64,000 nt of DNA from Vulcanimicrobiota bacterium. GTDB lineage: Bacteria > Vulcanimicrobiota > Xenobia > Xenobiales > JADMJV01. The notes below the pieces were generated by a model that saw only the letters and a list, made by a program, of their open reading frames with translations, made no database searches and had not been told where the DNA came from. The stretch covers positions 256,001 through 320,000 of the forward strand of contig JBFWNU010000002.1 of assembly GCA_050250895.1 (NCBI GenBank). The letters run 5' to 3'. Positions 53,932 to 63,483 of this stretch are shown here, one piece after another. Position numbers and translations under genes: made by a program. The first letter of the stretch is position 1. Every line of letters begins with the position of its first letter.

Positions 53932-56325
53932 ATGACCACAAAAGGTGGAGCGAGCGAGATTGAGAACCTTGGCTGGGTGAGCGACGACTCCCGACTCCGA
54001 GACGTGAGCCAGCCGTCTTCTGTGGCTGCTTTCACCTGGCTGGTGGCCGGGGTGGCCTGCAGTCTGGTGGCCGTGCTCGGGGTCGCCGGCAATCAGGTGA
54101 GGGTCGGTCCGACCGTGTTCGTCTATGGCGTGACGGTGCTCTTGCTCGACCTGTTGGTGGGCTCGTCGCGCTCCCAGGTTGTCCCCCAGCGGGTCACCCC
54201 AGCCGTCGTTTTGGCCCTGTTGATTCTGCCGGGGCACGCGCCGGGGGTGGCCGTCCTGGTCAACCTGATCGCGACCATTCTGGTGGCTCTGGTGGCCCGC
54301 GTCGACTACCTGGGCATCGCCCACTGTGGCCGGGCTCTGGTGCCGGCTGCAGTCACGGCCATCTATCTGCAGAGCGGGGTCGAACTGACTTCGGAGAGTT
54401 ATTTCTTTGCCTGCGAGCTGTTCGTGGTGGCCTCGCTACTCACGCGAACACCTCGTCCCCCCTTTCGCTCCGACATCTTCCTGGTGGTCTGCTATCCGGC
54501 CGTCGCGCTGATGTTGGGCTACCTCAGCCAGCTCGGGGGCGGTTATGTGCTGCTGGCTCTACCCTTGCTCTTCTTGCTGACCACGGTGGACACGGACACT
54601 CTGCTCGCCTATTTCCAGTTACGCAAGAAGCTCGACGAGTCCAGGACCGAGATTCGGCAGACCCGCCAGGCCCAGCGCCAGAGCGAGCTAGAGAGCCGCC
54701 GTAAAGGAATCATGCTGGTGCGCAAAGAGAAGCAGTTGTCGCTGCTCAACGGTCTGGGTCGCCAGATGGAGGCGGCTCGTGCGGCCGAGGACCTGGGTCG
54801 CTTCTTGCTCGACGAGAGCCTGCGCCTGACCGGGGCCGATGGCGGTCTGGTGATTCTGGGTGACCCGTCCGGCCGCGTGGCCGCGGTGTTGAGCGAGGAT
54901 TCGGGTCGGGACTGGGGGCTGGCGCAGGGCGAGCCGCTCCCGGCCTCGCTCGAGGCCGGGATCAGCCCGACCGAGCCCTGGCCCTGCCCCCTTTGGAGCG
55001 GGGGGAGATCGTTTCTCACTTGCCGGCTCGGCAATCAAGGTTGGCTCTTTCTGAGTCGGGACGAAGCCGGGGTCTTTCCCGAGTTTCTTCAGGATTTCTT
55101 TTCGGCCGTAGGTCGTCACGCTGGCAGCGCCATGCTGGCCCTGCGGCGTCTGAGCGAGGTCCAGGCCACCGCTCTGCGGGAAGCCCAGGAAAAGCAAAAG
55201 GTGGCCGATCAGAACCGCAACCTGCGCCTCTTGCTCGAGAGCTTCGAGGCGTTGGCGGCCGGCAGCCTGGCTTCGGACCAGGAACTGCTGGCCCGAGCGG
55301 GCGACGCTTTGCGGCAAATGACGGGTGCCGAGAGGGTCCTCTTTGGGGCTCGCCCCCTGGATGTCTATCCGCTCCAGGGCAGCGAGCTGGTAGTCAACGA
55401 ACGGCGCTGGCCCAGTCATTTCTTCCGGGCGGGAGAGGGCCCGAGCGGCAACTTGCTTTGTCTGAGTCAGCGGACCGACGCCTTTCATGAAAGCCAGCAC
55501 GAGTGGTGTATCTTGCTGCAGGACTTTCTCGACCAAACGCTCGAGATCAACAGTCTCCACCGTGACCTGCAACTGTCCTACCAGCAATTGAAGCGCACTC
55601 AGCAAGAGGTGGTGCTGTCTAGCCAGTGGGCCGCCGCCGGTCGCCTGGCGGCCAACGCGGCTCACGAACTCAACACTCCTCTGGGAGCTATTCGCATCGC
55701 GGCCGAGCATATCGACATGCACCTTCACCACGGAGGCGACCCCCAGCCGGCCATCGAGAGCATGGAATCGCTCATGCGCTCCATCGCCCGTTGCCAGCGA
55801 GTCACCGACCGTCTCTTGATCACCAGTCGCCCGGCCGATAAGGGGTCGGACGCAGCCACTCCCCAGGCCCACAGTTTTGACCTCATTCTGGCCGACGCCC
55901 TGGCCTCGGTGCAGCCTTTCTTACGCGCCTCGAAGATCCAACTGGACAAGCCCGAACCCCTGCCCGACCATCAGGTGATGGTGGTCATGCGAGACCTCTA
56001 TTGGGCCCTGGTCTATGTCTTGAAGAACGCCATCGACGCTCTCAGTGAAGAGAACACCCCGGACAAACGCATCGCCATCCGCCTCGCCAGCAATCAGCGT
56101 GAATTGTCGATAACCGTCCAAGACAACGGACCGGGTGTTCCTCCAGAGGTCAAACCGCGGCTCTTCGAAGCCTTCTTCACCACCAAGAAACTGGGCCAGG
56201 GCAACGGTCTCGGGCTGTCGCTGAGTCGCACCAACATGGCCCGCTGGGGAGGCCAGATCGACTACCAGGATACTGAGGGTAGGGGAGCCACATTCGTAGT
56301 GAAGGTGCCGCTGGCGCGGGGTTGA
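53932..56325 (+). CDS. Membrane sensor histidine kinase
   Basis: Multi-TM N-terminus, coiled coil, GAF-like region, AHELNTPL, KNAIDA, DNGPG, FFTTK, GLGL. Start may be GTG 54004. Confidence 0.9.
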   Translation: MTTKGGASEIENLGWVSDDSRLRDVSQPSSVAAFTWLVAGVACSLVAVLGVAGNQVRVGPTVFVYGVTVLLLDLLVGSSRSQVVPQRVTPAVVLALLILPGHAPGVAVLVNLIATILVALVARVDYLGIAHCGRALVPAAVTAIYLQSGVELTSESYFFACELFVVASLLTRTPRPPFRSDIFLVVCYPAVALMLGYLSQLGGGYVLLALPLLFLLTTVDTDTLLAYFQLRKKLDESRTEIRQTRQAQRQSELESRRKGIMLVRKEKQLSLLNGLGRQMEAARAAEDLGRFLLDESLRLTGADGGLVILGDPSGRVAAVLSEDSGRDWGLAQGEPLPASLEAGISPTEPWPCPLWSGGRSFLTCRLGNQGWLFLSRDEAGVFPEFLQDFFSAVGRHAGSAMLALRRLSEVQATALREAQEKQKVADQNRNLRLLLESFEALAAGSLASDQELLARAGDALRQMTGAERVLFGARPLDVYPLQGSELVVNERRWPSHFFRAGEGPSGNLLCLSQRTDAFHESQHEWCILLQDFLDQTLEINSLHRDLQLSYQQLKRTQQEVVLSSQWAAAGRLAANAAHELNTPLGAIRIAAEHIDMHLHHGGDPQPAIESMESLMRSIARCQRVTDRLLITSRPADKGSDAATPQAHSFDLILADALASVQPFLRASKIQLDKPEPLPDHQVMVVMRDLYWALVYVLKNAIDALSEENTPDKRIAIRLASNQRELSITVQDNGPGVPPEVKPRLFEAFFTTKKLGQGNGLGLSLSRTNMARWGGQIDYQDTEGRGATFVVKVPLARG

Positions 56326-56336
56326 ACAGGGAGTCC

Positions 56337-58694
56337 ATGGAGCGAAAACCCAAGATCCTCCTGCTGGAAGACGACCCGGACATGCGGTCGCTGCTGGAAC
56401 GGATTCTGAGTTATCAAGACTATGACGTGACCTCGGTCGAGACCGGCTATGAAGCCATCGAGGCGGCGAAAGAGACAGCCTTCGACTTGATCGTGGCCGA
56501 TGTTCGGGTCGACGGACCGGACGGCATCGAGGTCTTGAGCGAGGCCAAGAAAGACCGACCCGATGTGGGCACTCTGGCCGTGTCGGGCTACTCTTCGCTC
56601 GAAGACGACGCCAGGGCCGAGCGCATCGGGATCGGCGGCTTTCTGCGCAAGCCGTTCGAAACCCAGCGCTTTCTCGAGCTGGTCAAGCAACAGCTCCACA
56701 AGCGCCAGAAGAAGCGCCAGGAGCGCAACCTCGAGCAAGAGGTCGGACGCGTCCTTCTGACCAGCCTCACCACCCTCTTTGCGGCCTTTGGCGCCACCCC
56801 CCAGAGCGGCCAGTTCGAACGGGTGAGTCGGGCTCGAGAAATGGCCATGAAGCTGGGCCTTGCCTGCGGCCTCGAGGGACAGGTGCTCTATCAGGTCGCG
56901 GCCGCCTCGGCCTTGACCGTGATGCCCGAGAAGGTGGTGGGAGACCTGTGCCAGGCCCTCACCGAGGTGGGTCCCTACGTCGACTCCCTGTCCGAGGCCT
57001 TACTCTACTACGAACAGCCTAACGACAGCGATCCCAAGCCTCCCCTCGAGGCTCGCATCGTTCGTCTGGTCAAGGCCGTGCTCGACCAGGCCGATCTCGA
57101 CGACGCCGGCCTCGACAAGGAACTGCTGGCTCTTTTTCGTTCCGAAGAAAGCCTGCAGCAGCGGCTGGTGCCTTCTAATCCCGAGGTTCACAGCGGTCAG
57201 AGCGAGAGCTTTCTGGCCATTGCTCAGGCCCTCGAGCGGGCCGGCGATGTGCACGGAGCGGCCACCGCTTACAAAGATCTTTTGCAAAGCCACCCTGAAG
57301 GTGAGGCAGTGGTCGAGGCGCAGCTCGGCATGGCTCGCCTGGCTGCCCTGCGCAAGGATGCAGCCAAGGTCAGGTTGTGGGTCGATCGAGCCACCCAGGT
57401 GGCCGCCTCGGTGGGTCGCTTTCGCTCTTGCCTCACCGACTACTACGGTGGCCTGCTGCTGCGCCAGGTCGGGGATGAAGACGCCAAGCGCTTGCTGCGC
57501 CGGGCCGTTCCCTCGTTGCTCAAGTTTGGCTTCGCCGATGCGGTGGCGCTGTCGGCCGTGGCTCTGATCGCCGAGGGCGAGAAGATCGATCCCGAGCGCT
57601 GGCAGGCCATCAGCCGCCGTTTGCTGTCCCCCTCGCTGAGCCGCGACATCACCAAGCACGCTCTGTGGTTCATCCCGGCCCTGCTCGAGACACTCTCCAA
57701 ACATCCTTTGCCAGGTTTTCTCAGCCAATTCATCAACCATCTTCCGGGGCTGTTCTGCAAGATGCTCGAAGAACAGTTGCTGGGGGCCGAGAACCGCAAC
57801 CGGCTGGTGGGTTTGCTGGGCCAGGAGCAATCGCACGTACCCGAATCGGTTTGGCGTTTGCTCAGGCAAGATGCCGATCCCGAGGTGCGAAAGTCGGCCA
57901 GCGAGCTGACGGTGCGGGTGGAAGCGGTGGCTTCTCCGTCTTTGATCCGCTTGTTTTCGCTCGGTCCTTTCGAGGTCCAGGTCGACGGCGAGATCGTGCC
58001 CGACCGCATCTGGCGCACCCAGCGCACCCGCTTTCTGCTGGCCTACCTCGGCTACGAGTGGGGTCGCCAGGTGCACGAAGAGATTCTCATGGAAGCCCTC
58101 TGGCCCGAAAGCGAGACCCTGGACAAAAAGGGGCTCTACTGGAACACCTCGGCCATTCGCCGCATCTTCAAAGGAATGGGTTTTCAACTCGATGTGGTCG
58201 AGCGCATCGGAGAGACCCTGCGGACCAACCCCGAGGTCTCGGTGTGGCACGATGCCAAGGTGCTCGAAGAGCACCTGACCGCGGGTCAGACCGCCTTGCG
58301 CGAAGGCAAGACCGACCGGGCCAAGTCCGAGTTGCAGGCAGCTCTCGATATCTACCGAGGCCCTTATCTCGAGGGTTGCTTTCTTGACTGGGCCCTGCGC
58401 CGTCGCCAGAGCTACGAGCGCCAAACCGCCGACGCTGCCTTGCAGCTGGCCGATCTGCACTTTGACAGCGAAGATTTTCGCGAGGCGGTCGAGGCGGCCC
58501 GGGAGAGCCTCAAGCTCGAGCCCGCCCGCCAAGAAGCGCATCTGATGGTGATGAAGGCCTTGATGAAGGGCGGGCGCCCCGAGGCCGCCATCGATCAGTA
58601 TCACGAGTGCGAACACTTGCTGCGACATCACTACCACACCGAACCAGAGACGGTGATGATCGAATACTACCACCGCGCCAAAATGTTGATGTAA
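56337..58694 (+). CDS. Response regulator: REC, TPR-like region and SARP/BTAD
   Basis: ILLLEDD...DLIVAD...FLRKPF; C-terminal FSLGPFEV, EALWPE, YRGPYLEGC..DW. Confidence 0.88.
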   Translation: MERKPKILLLEDDPDMRSLLERILSYQDYDVTSVETGYEAIEAAKETAFDLIVADVRVDGPDGIEVLSEAKKDRPDVGTLAVSGYSSLEDDARAERIGIGGFLRKPFETQRFLELVKQQLHKRQKKRQERNLEQEVGRVLLTSLTTLFAAFGATPQSGQFERVSRAREMAMKLGLACGLEGQVLYQVAAASALTVMPEKVVGDLCQALTEVGPYVDSLSEALLYYEQPNDSDPKPPLEARIVRLVKAVLDQADLDDAGLDKELLALFRSEESLQQRLVPSNPEVHSGQSESFLAIAQALERAGDVHGAATAYKDLLQSHPEGEAVVEAQLGMARLAALRKDAAKVRLWVDRATQVAASVGRFRSCLTDYYGGLLLRQVGDEDAKRLLRRAVPSLLKFGFADAVALSAVALIAEGEKIDPERWQAISRRLLSPSLSRDITKHALWFIPALLETLSKHPLPGFLSQFINHLPGLFCKMLEEQLLGAENRNRLVGLLGQEQSHVPESVWRLLRQDADPEVRKSASELTVRVEAVASPSLIRLFSLGPFEVQVDGEIVPDRIWRTQRTRFLLAYLGYEWGRQVHEEILMEALWPESETLDKKGLYWNTSAIRRIFKGMGFQLDVVERIGETLRTNPEVSVWHDAKVLEEHLTAGQTALREGKTDRAKSELQAALDIYRGPYLEGCFLDWALRRRQSYERQTADAALQLADLHFDSEDFREAVEAARESLKLEPARQEAHLMVMKALMKGGRPEAAIDQYHECEHLLRHHYHTEPETVMIEYYHRAKMLM

Positions 58695-58752
58695 TAGCCA
58701 GAAGGCCAGGCGCTAGGCCTGACCTTCTGGATTGGTTTGCTTGAATTTTTGA

Positions 58753-58998
58753 CTAAGCGACCATGATGTTGACCGCTGAACCGCCCCCACCCAGGGCCGG
58801 CATCTGTCCGTTCTTGCCGAATTCGCAGGCCGCGTTGAGGCCGTCGAAGCCGCACTCTTGCTGGTCGTCGCCACCGTCGAGCCCTTCGCGCAAGATCTTG
58901 TCGAGTTCGGTGACGCCTTTGCCGATAGCTCCGCCAACCAGGGCTCCGGCCGCTTGTCCCAGGGTGCTTGCAAGTCCGATGATTCCGTCTAAAGCCAT
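58753..58998 (-). CDS. Small Gly-rich protein
   Basis: GGAGG RBS; conserved promoter motif upstream. Confidence 0.65.
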   Translation of the reverse strand: MALDGIIGLASTLGQAAGALVGGAIGKGVTELDKILREGLDGGDDQQECGFDGLNAACEFGKNGQMPALGGGGSAVNIMVA

Positions 58999-59030
58999 TT
59001 GTCGTTGCCTCCGTGTTCTTGATTTCCATC

Positions 59031-59100
59031 ACTATATCGGGGGTTGCAGGAATCAGGGTGTGCATGGGCCGTTCGCATGCGGACAAGATGTTAACGTTTT
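59031..59100 (-). promoter_or_regulatory. GTTAAC/CACACC-type promoter
   Basis: AAAACGTTAACATCTT-N21-GCACACCCT-N18-TATAGT. Confidence 0.7.
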
Positions 59101-59134
59101 GTGAGTCAGCCTGGCGGAACTCGGTGGCACAACG

Positions 59135-59162
59135 AAAAGACGGCCGGGCGTGAGCCCGGCCG
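59135..59162 (-). terminator. Rho-independent terminator
   Basis: Minus strand CGGCCGGGC-tcac-GCCCGGCCG-TCTTTT. Confidence 0.75.
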
Positions 59163-59185
59163 CCGGCTGGCAGAGTCGGTCCTGG

Positions 59186-59893
59186 TTAGCGGCGGGTGTA
59201 ATAGACCCCGGAGCCTGGATTGTTCTGGTGCTCGCTGACCCGCTGGCGGGCGCTGCCGTTCGAGCCGATCAGCGTGCGCGCGCCCGGGGTTGCCACCAGT
59301 TCGGTGTGGCCCCGACTGTGATTGATCCAGACGTCGCCAGGCTGGGCCTCGCTAGCCGGAATCTGGCGATAGCCCTGGGCTTTGAGCGATTGCTCGAGTT
59401 CGTTGACGTTGATGTGATGGCCGCCCAACAGTCCCTGGCTCTCGAGGGCCGAACTCACGAAATCGGCACAGTTATTGGTGACCCCGCCAGCGGCGGTGAA
59501 GTGGGGCATGTCTCCACGCAGGCCGATGGAGTCGCGACCGAGATAGCGGCGGGCCAGGTCGATGGCCGCCTGACCGCTGCCCGGGGCTCCGGGCATCCCG
59601 GGATTCACCGGACTCATCATCGGTCCTCCGGGACCGGCCCCTAGAAAGTTGGTGATGCCCTCGCTGGGACCAAATCCCCCGCCGCCCGGGTTCCCACCGA
59701 AACCGGGTCCCTCACCCCCAAAGCCACCGGCCATGGGCAGCATGCCAGCGCCCCCGCCCATCACCATGCTCAAAATCTGCATCACGCACTGCATGACCAT
59801 CATCATGGCCTGCTCGGGCCCGCCCGGTAAACCGAATCCCCCCAGGCCGTTCATTCCCGGGCCGCCACCGCGGTCGATCTGGATGTTCACCAT
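59186..59893 (-). CDS. Harpin-like Gly/Met-rich N-terminus fused to a CHAP/NlpC-P60-type amidase
   Basis: GAGGAG RBS; MMMVMQCVMQILSMVM helix in a Gly-rich region; A..YLG, NNCADFVS, PGDV, HTEL. Confidence 0.8.
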   Translation of the reverse strand: MVNIQIDRGGGPGMNGLGGFGLPGGPEQAMMMVMQCVMQILSMVMGGGAGMLPMAGGFGGEGPGFGGNPGGGGFGPSEGITNFLGAGPGGPMMSPVNPGMPGAPGSGQAAIDLARRYLGRDSIGLRGDMPHFTAAGGVTNNCADFVSSALESQGLLGGHHINVNELEQSLKAQGYRQIPASEAQPGDVWINHSRGHTELVATPGARTLIGSNGSARQRVSEHQNNPGSGVYYTRR

Positions 59894-59922
59894 AAACAAC
59901 ACTCCTCTTCTGGTTTGGGGCC

Positions 59923-59981
59923 AGCATAGAGGGTGAAGCTGGACCGAGGGTGTGCCAGCCCCGAGAAGATGTTAACGTTTT
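59923..59981 (-). promoter_or_regulatory. GTTAAC/CACACC-type promoter
   Basis: AAAACGTTAACATCTT-N10-GCACACCCT-N18-TATGCT. Confidence 0.7.
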
Positions 59982-59984
59982 CGG

Positions 59985-61304
59985 CTATACGCGCAACTCG
60001 ACCCACTTGCGTCCGCGCCACAAAAGGGTCAAAAGACCGGCCTGGGTGATCCGGTAGACGGCGTGGACCAGCCACAGTCCGATCAATCCCTGATGGAGCA
60101 CCGGCCCTACCAGATAGCTGGTGGGCAGAAAGAAGAGCCACTGGGTCCCGATCACCACCAGCAGCACCCGGCGATTGTCGCCGACGCCTTGCAAGGCGTG
60201 CAGAAAGACCATGCCGAAGGTGTCGAACGGCAAGGTCAGAGCGATGATGCGCACCGGCCACAGGGCCATCTCGAGGGTGGCCTGATCGTGGATGAACGGC
60301 GCCAGCACCAGCCGGGGGGCCAACAGGCCCAACAAGCAGACGGGCACGATAAAGCGAAACGAGAGGGCCACCACCTCCCATCCCCAGGCCACCGCTCGCT
60401 CGGGATCGCCCCGGCCCAGTTCTTGCCCGGCCAGGGCCCCGGCTGACAATCCGAAGCCGATCTCGACCAGGATCACCACCAGCAACAAGTTGATGAGCAC
60501 GTTGGTGGCAGCCAGCTCGGCTGTGCCCACCAGACCGACGATCCAGTAAAGGGTGGTCATGCCGGTGGCGAACAGAAACTGCTGCAGGCCAGCCGGCCAG
60601 AGCAGGCGCAGCAGGCTGAGCATCGTGTCGCGGCTGGGTAGTCCATGCAGAAAGCCGTTGTCGGCTGCCAGCGCGCGCGCTTGCACCAGATACGACAGAG
60701 TGCCGAAGTAGAGAGCCAGAGTGGTGGCCAGGCCGGCGCCGGTGGCCCCCAGTGCAGGCAGGCCGCACTTGCCGAAGATCAACAGATAGTTGAGCACGAT
60801 GTTGAGGGCATGCATGCCCCACAAAGTGCGCATGTAGATGCGCGAGCGGTCGGTGCCGTTCCAGAACCCGCGAAAGGCGAAGTTGGCTCCGATGGCCACC
60901 ACTCCCAAGACTCGCGCTTTGTAGTACGGAACAGCCACAGCCAGCACCTGAGTGTCGCTGTTGACCAGGGCCAGCAGCCAGGGCGATAGCCAGTAGAGCA
61001 GGGCCGAGGCGGGGATTCCCAGGGCCACCACCATCAGCAAGGCTCCGTTGAGAGGCCAGGCCGCCCGCTCTTGCAGGCCTTCCCCCACCCGACGGGCGGC
61101 GATGGCCTGCACCGACGAGGCGAAGCCCTGGAAGAAGGCCACCGACATGAAGGTCACAAACCCGCCCAGGCCGACCGCTGCCAGAGCCGCGTTGCCCAGC
61201 GTGCCGACCATGGCCGTGTCGACCAGGTTGAGCACGTTCTGCGAGACCATTCCCCCGATGATGGGTAAAGCCAGGCCGAGAATGCGAGAACGGCTGTCGG
61301 TCAC
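59985..61304 (-). CDS. MATE-family efflux transporter
   Basis: LALPII, LVDTAMVG.LG..ALAA, NIVLNYLLIFG, GAGLAT. Confidence 0.92.
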   Translation of the reverse strand: MTDSRSRILGLALPIIGGMVSQNVLNLVDTAMVGTLGNAALAAVGLGGFVTFMSVAFFQGFASSVQAIAARRVGEGLQERAAWPLNGALLMVVALGIPASALLYWLSPWLLALVNSDTQVLAVAVPYYKARVLGVVAIGANFAFRGFWNGTDRSRIYMRTLWGMHALNIVLNYLLIFGKCGLPALGATGAGLATTLALYFGTLSYLVQARALAADNGFLHGLPSRDTMLSLLRLLWPAGLQQFLFATGMTTLYWIVGLVGTAELAATNVLINLLLVVILVEIGFGLSAGALAGQELGRGDPERAVAWGWEVVALSFRFIVPVCLLGLLAPRLVLAPFIHDQATLEMALWPVRIIALTLPFDTFGMVFLHALQGVGDNRRVLLVVIGTQWLFFLPTSYLVGPVLHQGLIGLWLVHAVYRITQAGLLTLLWRGRKWVELRV

Positions 61305-61428
61305 CTGGCAGGCATTCCCGTTGCCGGGATCTTCCCCTGGGGAGGACGAGGATTTCTCCGGTGGGTTTGTTTTGGGCCCGCCAGGCGAACGAGTTCACCC
61401 GACAGGCCCAGCCTGGGTTTGGACGCCT

Positions 61429-62580
61429 CTATCGAGCCACCAGTCCCACCGGCGTGGCCGGCAGGCCCGCGAAGGTCGGTTGCGGAGTTAGCGAGCCGTT
61501 GCCGTTGATGGCGAAGATGCTCAGAGTGCCATCGGTGCGGTTGAGCACATAGAGAAAATCGCCCTCGGGAGTGATCGCCTCATCGACCGGACCATCGCCG
61601 GTAGCCCCGGTCACTCCACCGGGATCCAGCAGCGCCAGCGCTCCGTTGTTGCTCACGCTATAGCCCGACACGCTATCGCTGCCGGTATTGGTGACATAAG
61701 CGAAGGCTCCGTTGGGAGTGACCTCGACCCAGCAGGCGCCGGTTTCGGTGTCGGGCACCGAGGCGCTCACCTGGTTGAGGTTGCCGGTGCCGGCGTCGAC
61801 GGTGTAAGACGACACGGTGCTACCGTCCACCACCGCTTGCTGAGCTTCGCTGACCACCAGCGCTCCCCCGGGGGTGAAGTCGAATCCGAAGGGAGTGGCG
61901 CCGGCCGAACCGTTGAAATTCGGGCCGGCCGTCAGCCCGGTGGCCGTGTTGACGGTGAAAGTGCTGATAAAGTTGGTGTCGCGCTCGGTCACCACCAGCA
62001 CGTTGCCGGCCGGGTTGAATTCGATCTGGGCCGGGTTGGGTAAGGGCGCGCTCAGGCCTCGGGTCGAGTTGGCGATGGCCTGCAGGCTATTGCCGTTAAC
62101 GCGAAAGCCGACGATATTGGCGGGCGTGCCGGCGTCTCCGAAATTGAGCACATAGACGAGGTCGTTGGACACGGTCACGCTGATGGGTCGCACACCGCCG
62201 GTGTTGACCCGGTCAAGCACCGACAGCGAGCCATCGGCCGCCAGTTGCATCATCGAAACGGTGTTGTCGCCCGCGTTGACGGCGAAAAATCGGTTGGTGG
62301 CGGCCTGGAATTCGAGCGCGTTGGTCGAGCCGTTGAGCCCGTCGCCCGAACCTGTTCCGCCGGTGGCGAATTGACCGAATACCGACAACGAGCCGTCGGC
62401 CATTCGCCCAAAGACCAGGATCTGATTCCCTCCCGGACTATTGTTCATGGTGTAGACCGCCCGCGGGGGAACTTGCACCACCGGCGGAAAGAAGACTGGC
62501 GTCTCGTCGCTTGAGCCGGAATCGCAGCCGAACAGGGCGGCGGCCAGCACGAGGGCCAGCAGATAGCGGAGTAGTTTCAT
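61429..62580 (-). CDS. Lactonase-family 7-bladed beta-propeller lipoprotein
   Basis: Lipobox LFGC; repeated YV.N...(S/T)VS.(F/Y)...G.L blades. Confidence 0.85.
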   Translation of the reverse strand: MKLLRYLLALVLAAALFGCDSGSSDETPVFFPPVVQVPPRAVYTMNNSPGGNQILVFGRMADGSLSVFGQFATGGTGSGDGLNGSTNALEFQAATNRFFAVNAGDNTVSMMQLAADGSLSVLDRVNTGGVRPISVTVSNDLVYVLNFGDAGTPANIVGFRVNGNSLQAIANSTRGLSAPLPNPAQIEFNPAGNVLVVTERDTNFISTFTVNTATGLTAGPNFNGSAGATPFGFDFTPGGALVVSEAQQAVVDGSTVSSYTVDAGTGNLNQVSASVPDTETGACWVEVTPNGAFAYVTNTGSDSVSGYSVSNNGALALLDPGGVTGATGDGPVDEAITPEGDFLYVLNRTDGTLSIFAINGNGSLTPQPTFAGLPATPVGLVAR

Positions 62581-62852
62581 TTTGTCGTCCTTTCGAAAAA
62601 GACAACCCCAGGCGATGGCTTTCTGGACGACGCGGTCAGCCCCTAGGCCAGGCTCAAACTGTATGCGCCGGTATGCCAGGGAGGCATCCGGGGGTATCCC
62701 CTGGTTGGCCGAGTGGCGCGGGGTGCGACCGGAAGGGCGAACCCACCGCTCTGCGGCGGGACGACCGTCGGTCTCAACGCTATTGGCGGAGCGGCGTTCG
62801 GGTGCTGTCTGGGCGGCTAAGCGAACAGCGGTTTGTTGGCCTCACGGCGGGG

Positions 62853-62881
62853 TTGACCTCGAGCGCAGGGAATGGTAATGT
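62853..62881 (+). promoter_or_regulatory. Sigma70 promoter of rpsN
   Basis: TTGACC-N17-TAATGT with TG extension. Confidence 0.6.
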
Positions 62882-62924
62882 ACCGGCCTGTAAGTTTTCG
62901 AGAAGAAGGCTGGAGGAAAAGAAC

Positions 62925-63230
62925 TTGGCTAAAAAGAGTGCGATTGCTCGCAACAAGAAGCGCGAGCGTCTGGCAGAACTACAGAAAGAGCGCCGCGCCG
63001 AGCTGCGCAAGAAGCTCAAAGACCCCAATCTGGGCTTCGAGGAAAAGCAGGAAGTGATGTTCAAATTGCAGTCGCTTCCCCGCAATGGCGCCCGCGTGCG
63101 CGTCCTCAACCGCTGCCTGATTTCCGGGCGCCCTAAGGCGGTCTACCGCAAGTTCAAAGTGTCTCGCATCGTGCTGCGTGAGCTGGCTCACCAGGGCATG
63201 ATCCCGGGCATGAAAAAAGCCAGCTGGTAA
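62925..63230 (+). CDS. rpsN: 30S ribosomal protein S14, long Zn-independent form
   Basis: TTG start after GGAGG; 101 aa; AKKS.IARN..., LPRN, RC..SGR, SRI.LRELA..G.IPG.KKASW. Confidence 0.96.
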   Translation: MAKKSAIARNKKRERLAELQKERRAELRKKLKDPNLGFEEKQEVMFKLQSLPRNGARVRVLNRCLISGRPKAVYRKFKVSRIVLRELAHQGMIPGMKKASW

Positions 63231-63251
63231 AAGACTCATAGCCTTCTTCCC

Positions 63252-63276
63252 AGAGACCCGGCGACGGGTCTCTTTT
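63252..63276 (+). terminator. Rho-independent terminator
   Basis: AGAGACCCG-gcga-CGGGTCTCT-TTT. Confidence 0.85.
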
Positions 63277-63483
63277 GCTTTGGCCGGCGTAATACGGCCG
63301 GGGCCGCCCGCCGACCGGGCCTCGGCCCTCGCGATGCCGAAGCTCCGCCGCGCCAAGCCGATGACCAACCCGGCCCCAACCTCGAACCAAATCCTCCAAA
63401 AGCCCTTTCGGTAAACGTTAAGGTTTACAAAGAATTTACAATCATCAGCGGGGATGGGAAGGGGGGTGGCGAAGATATCACAC

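Noticed and set aside
57000-58673. Long antisense ORFs (also 54688..55872, 8471..9544, 21938..23098)
   Set aside because: Shadow frames of well-supported genes in high-GC DNA.
59030-59040. Sigma28 -10 element (CCGATAT)
   Set aside because: No TAAA-like -35, and alignment with sibling promoters favours TATAGT as the -10.
62611-62640. Fluoride riboswitch-like GGCGATGG
   Set aside because: The complementary strand and the GCTGATGAC element are missing.
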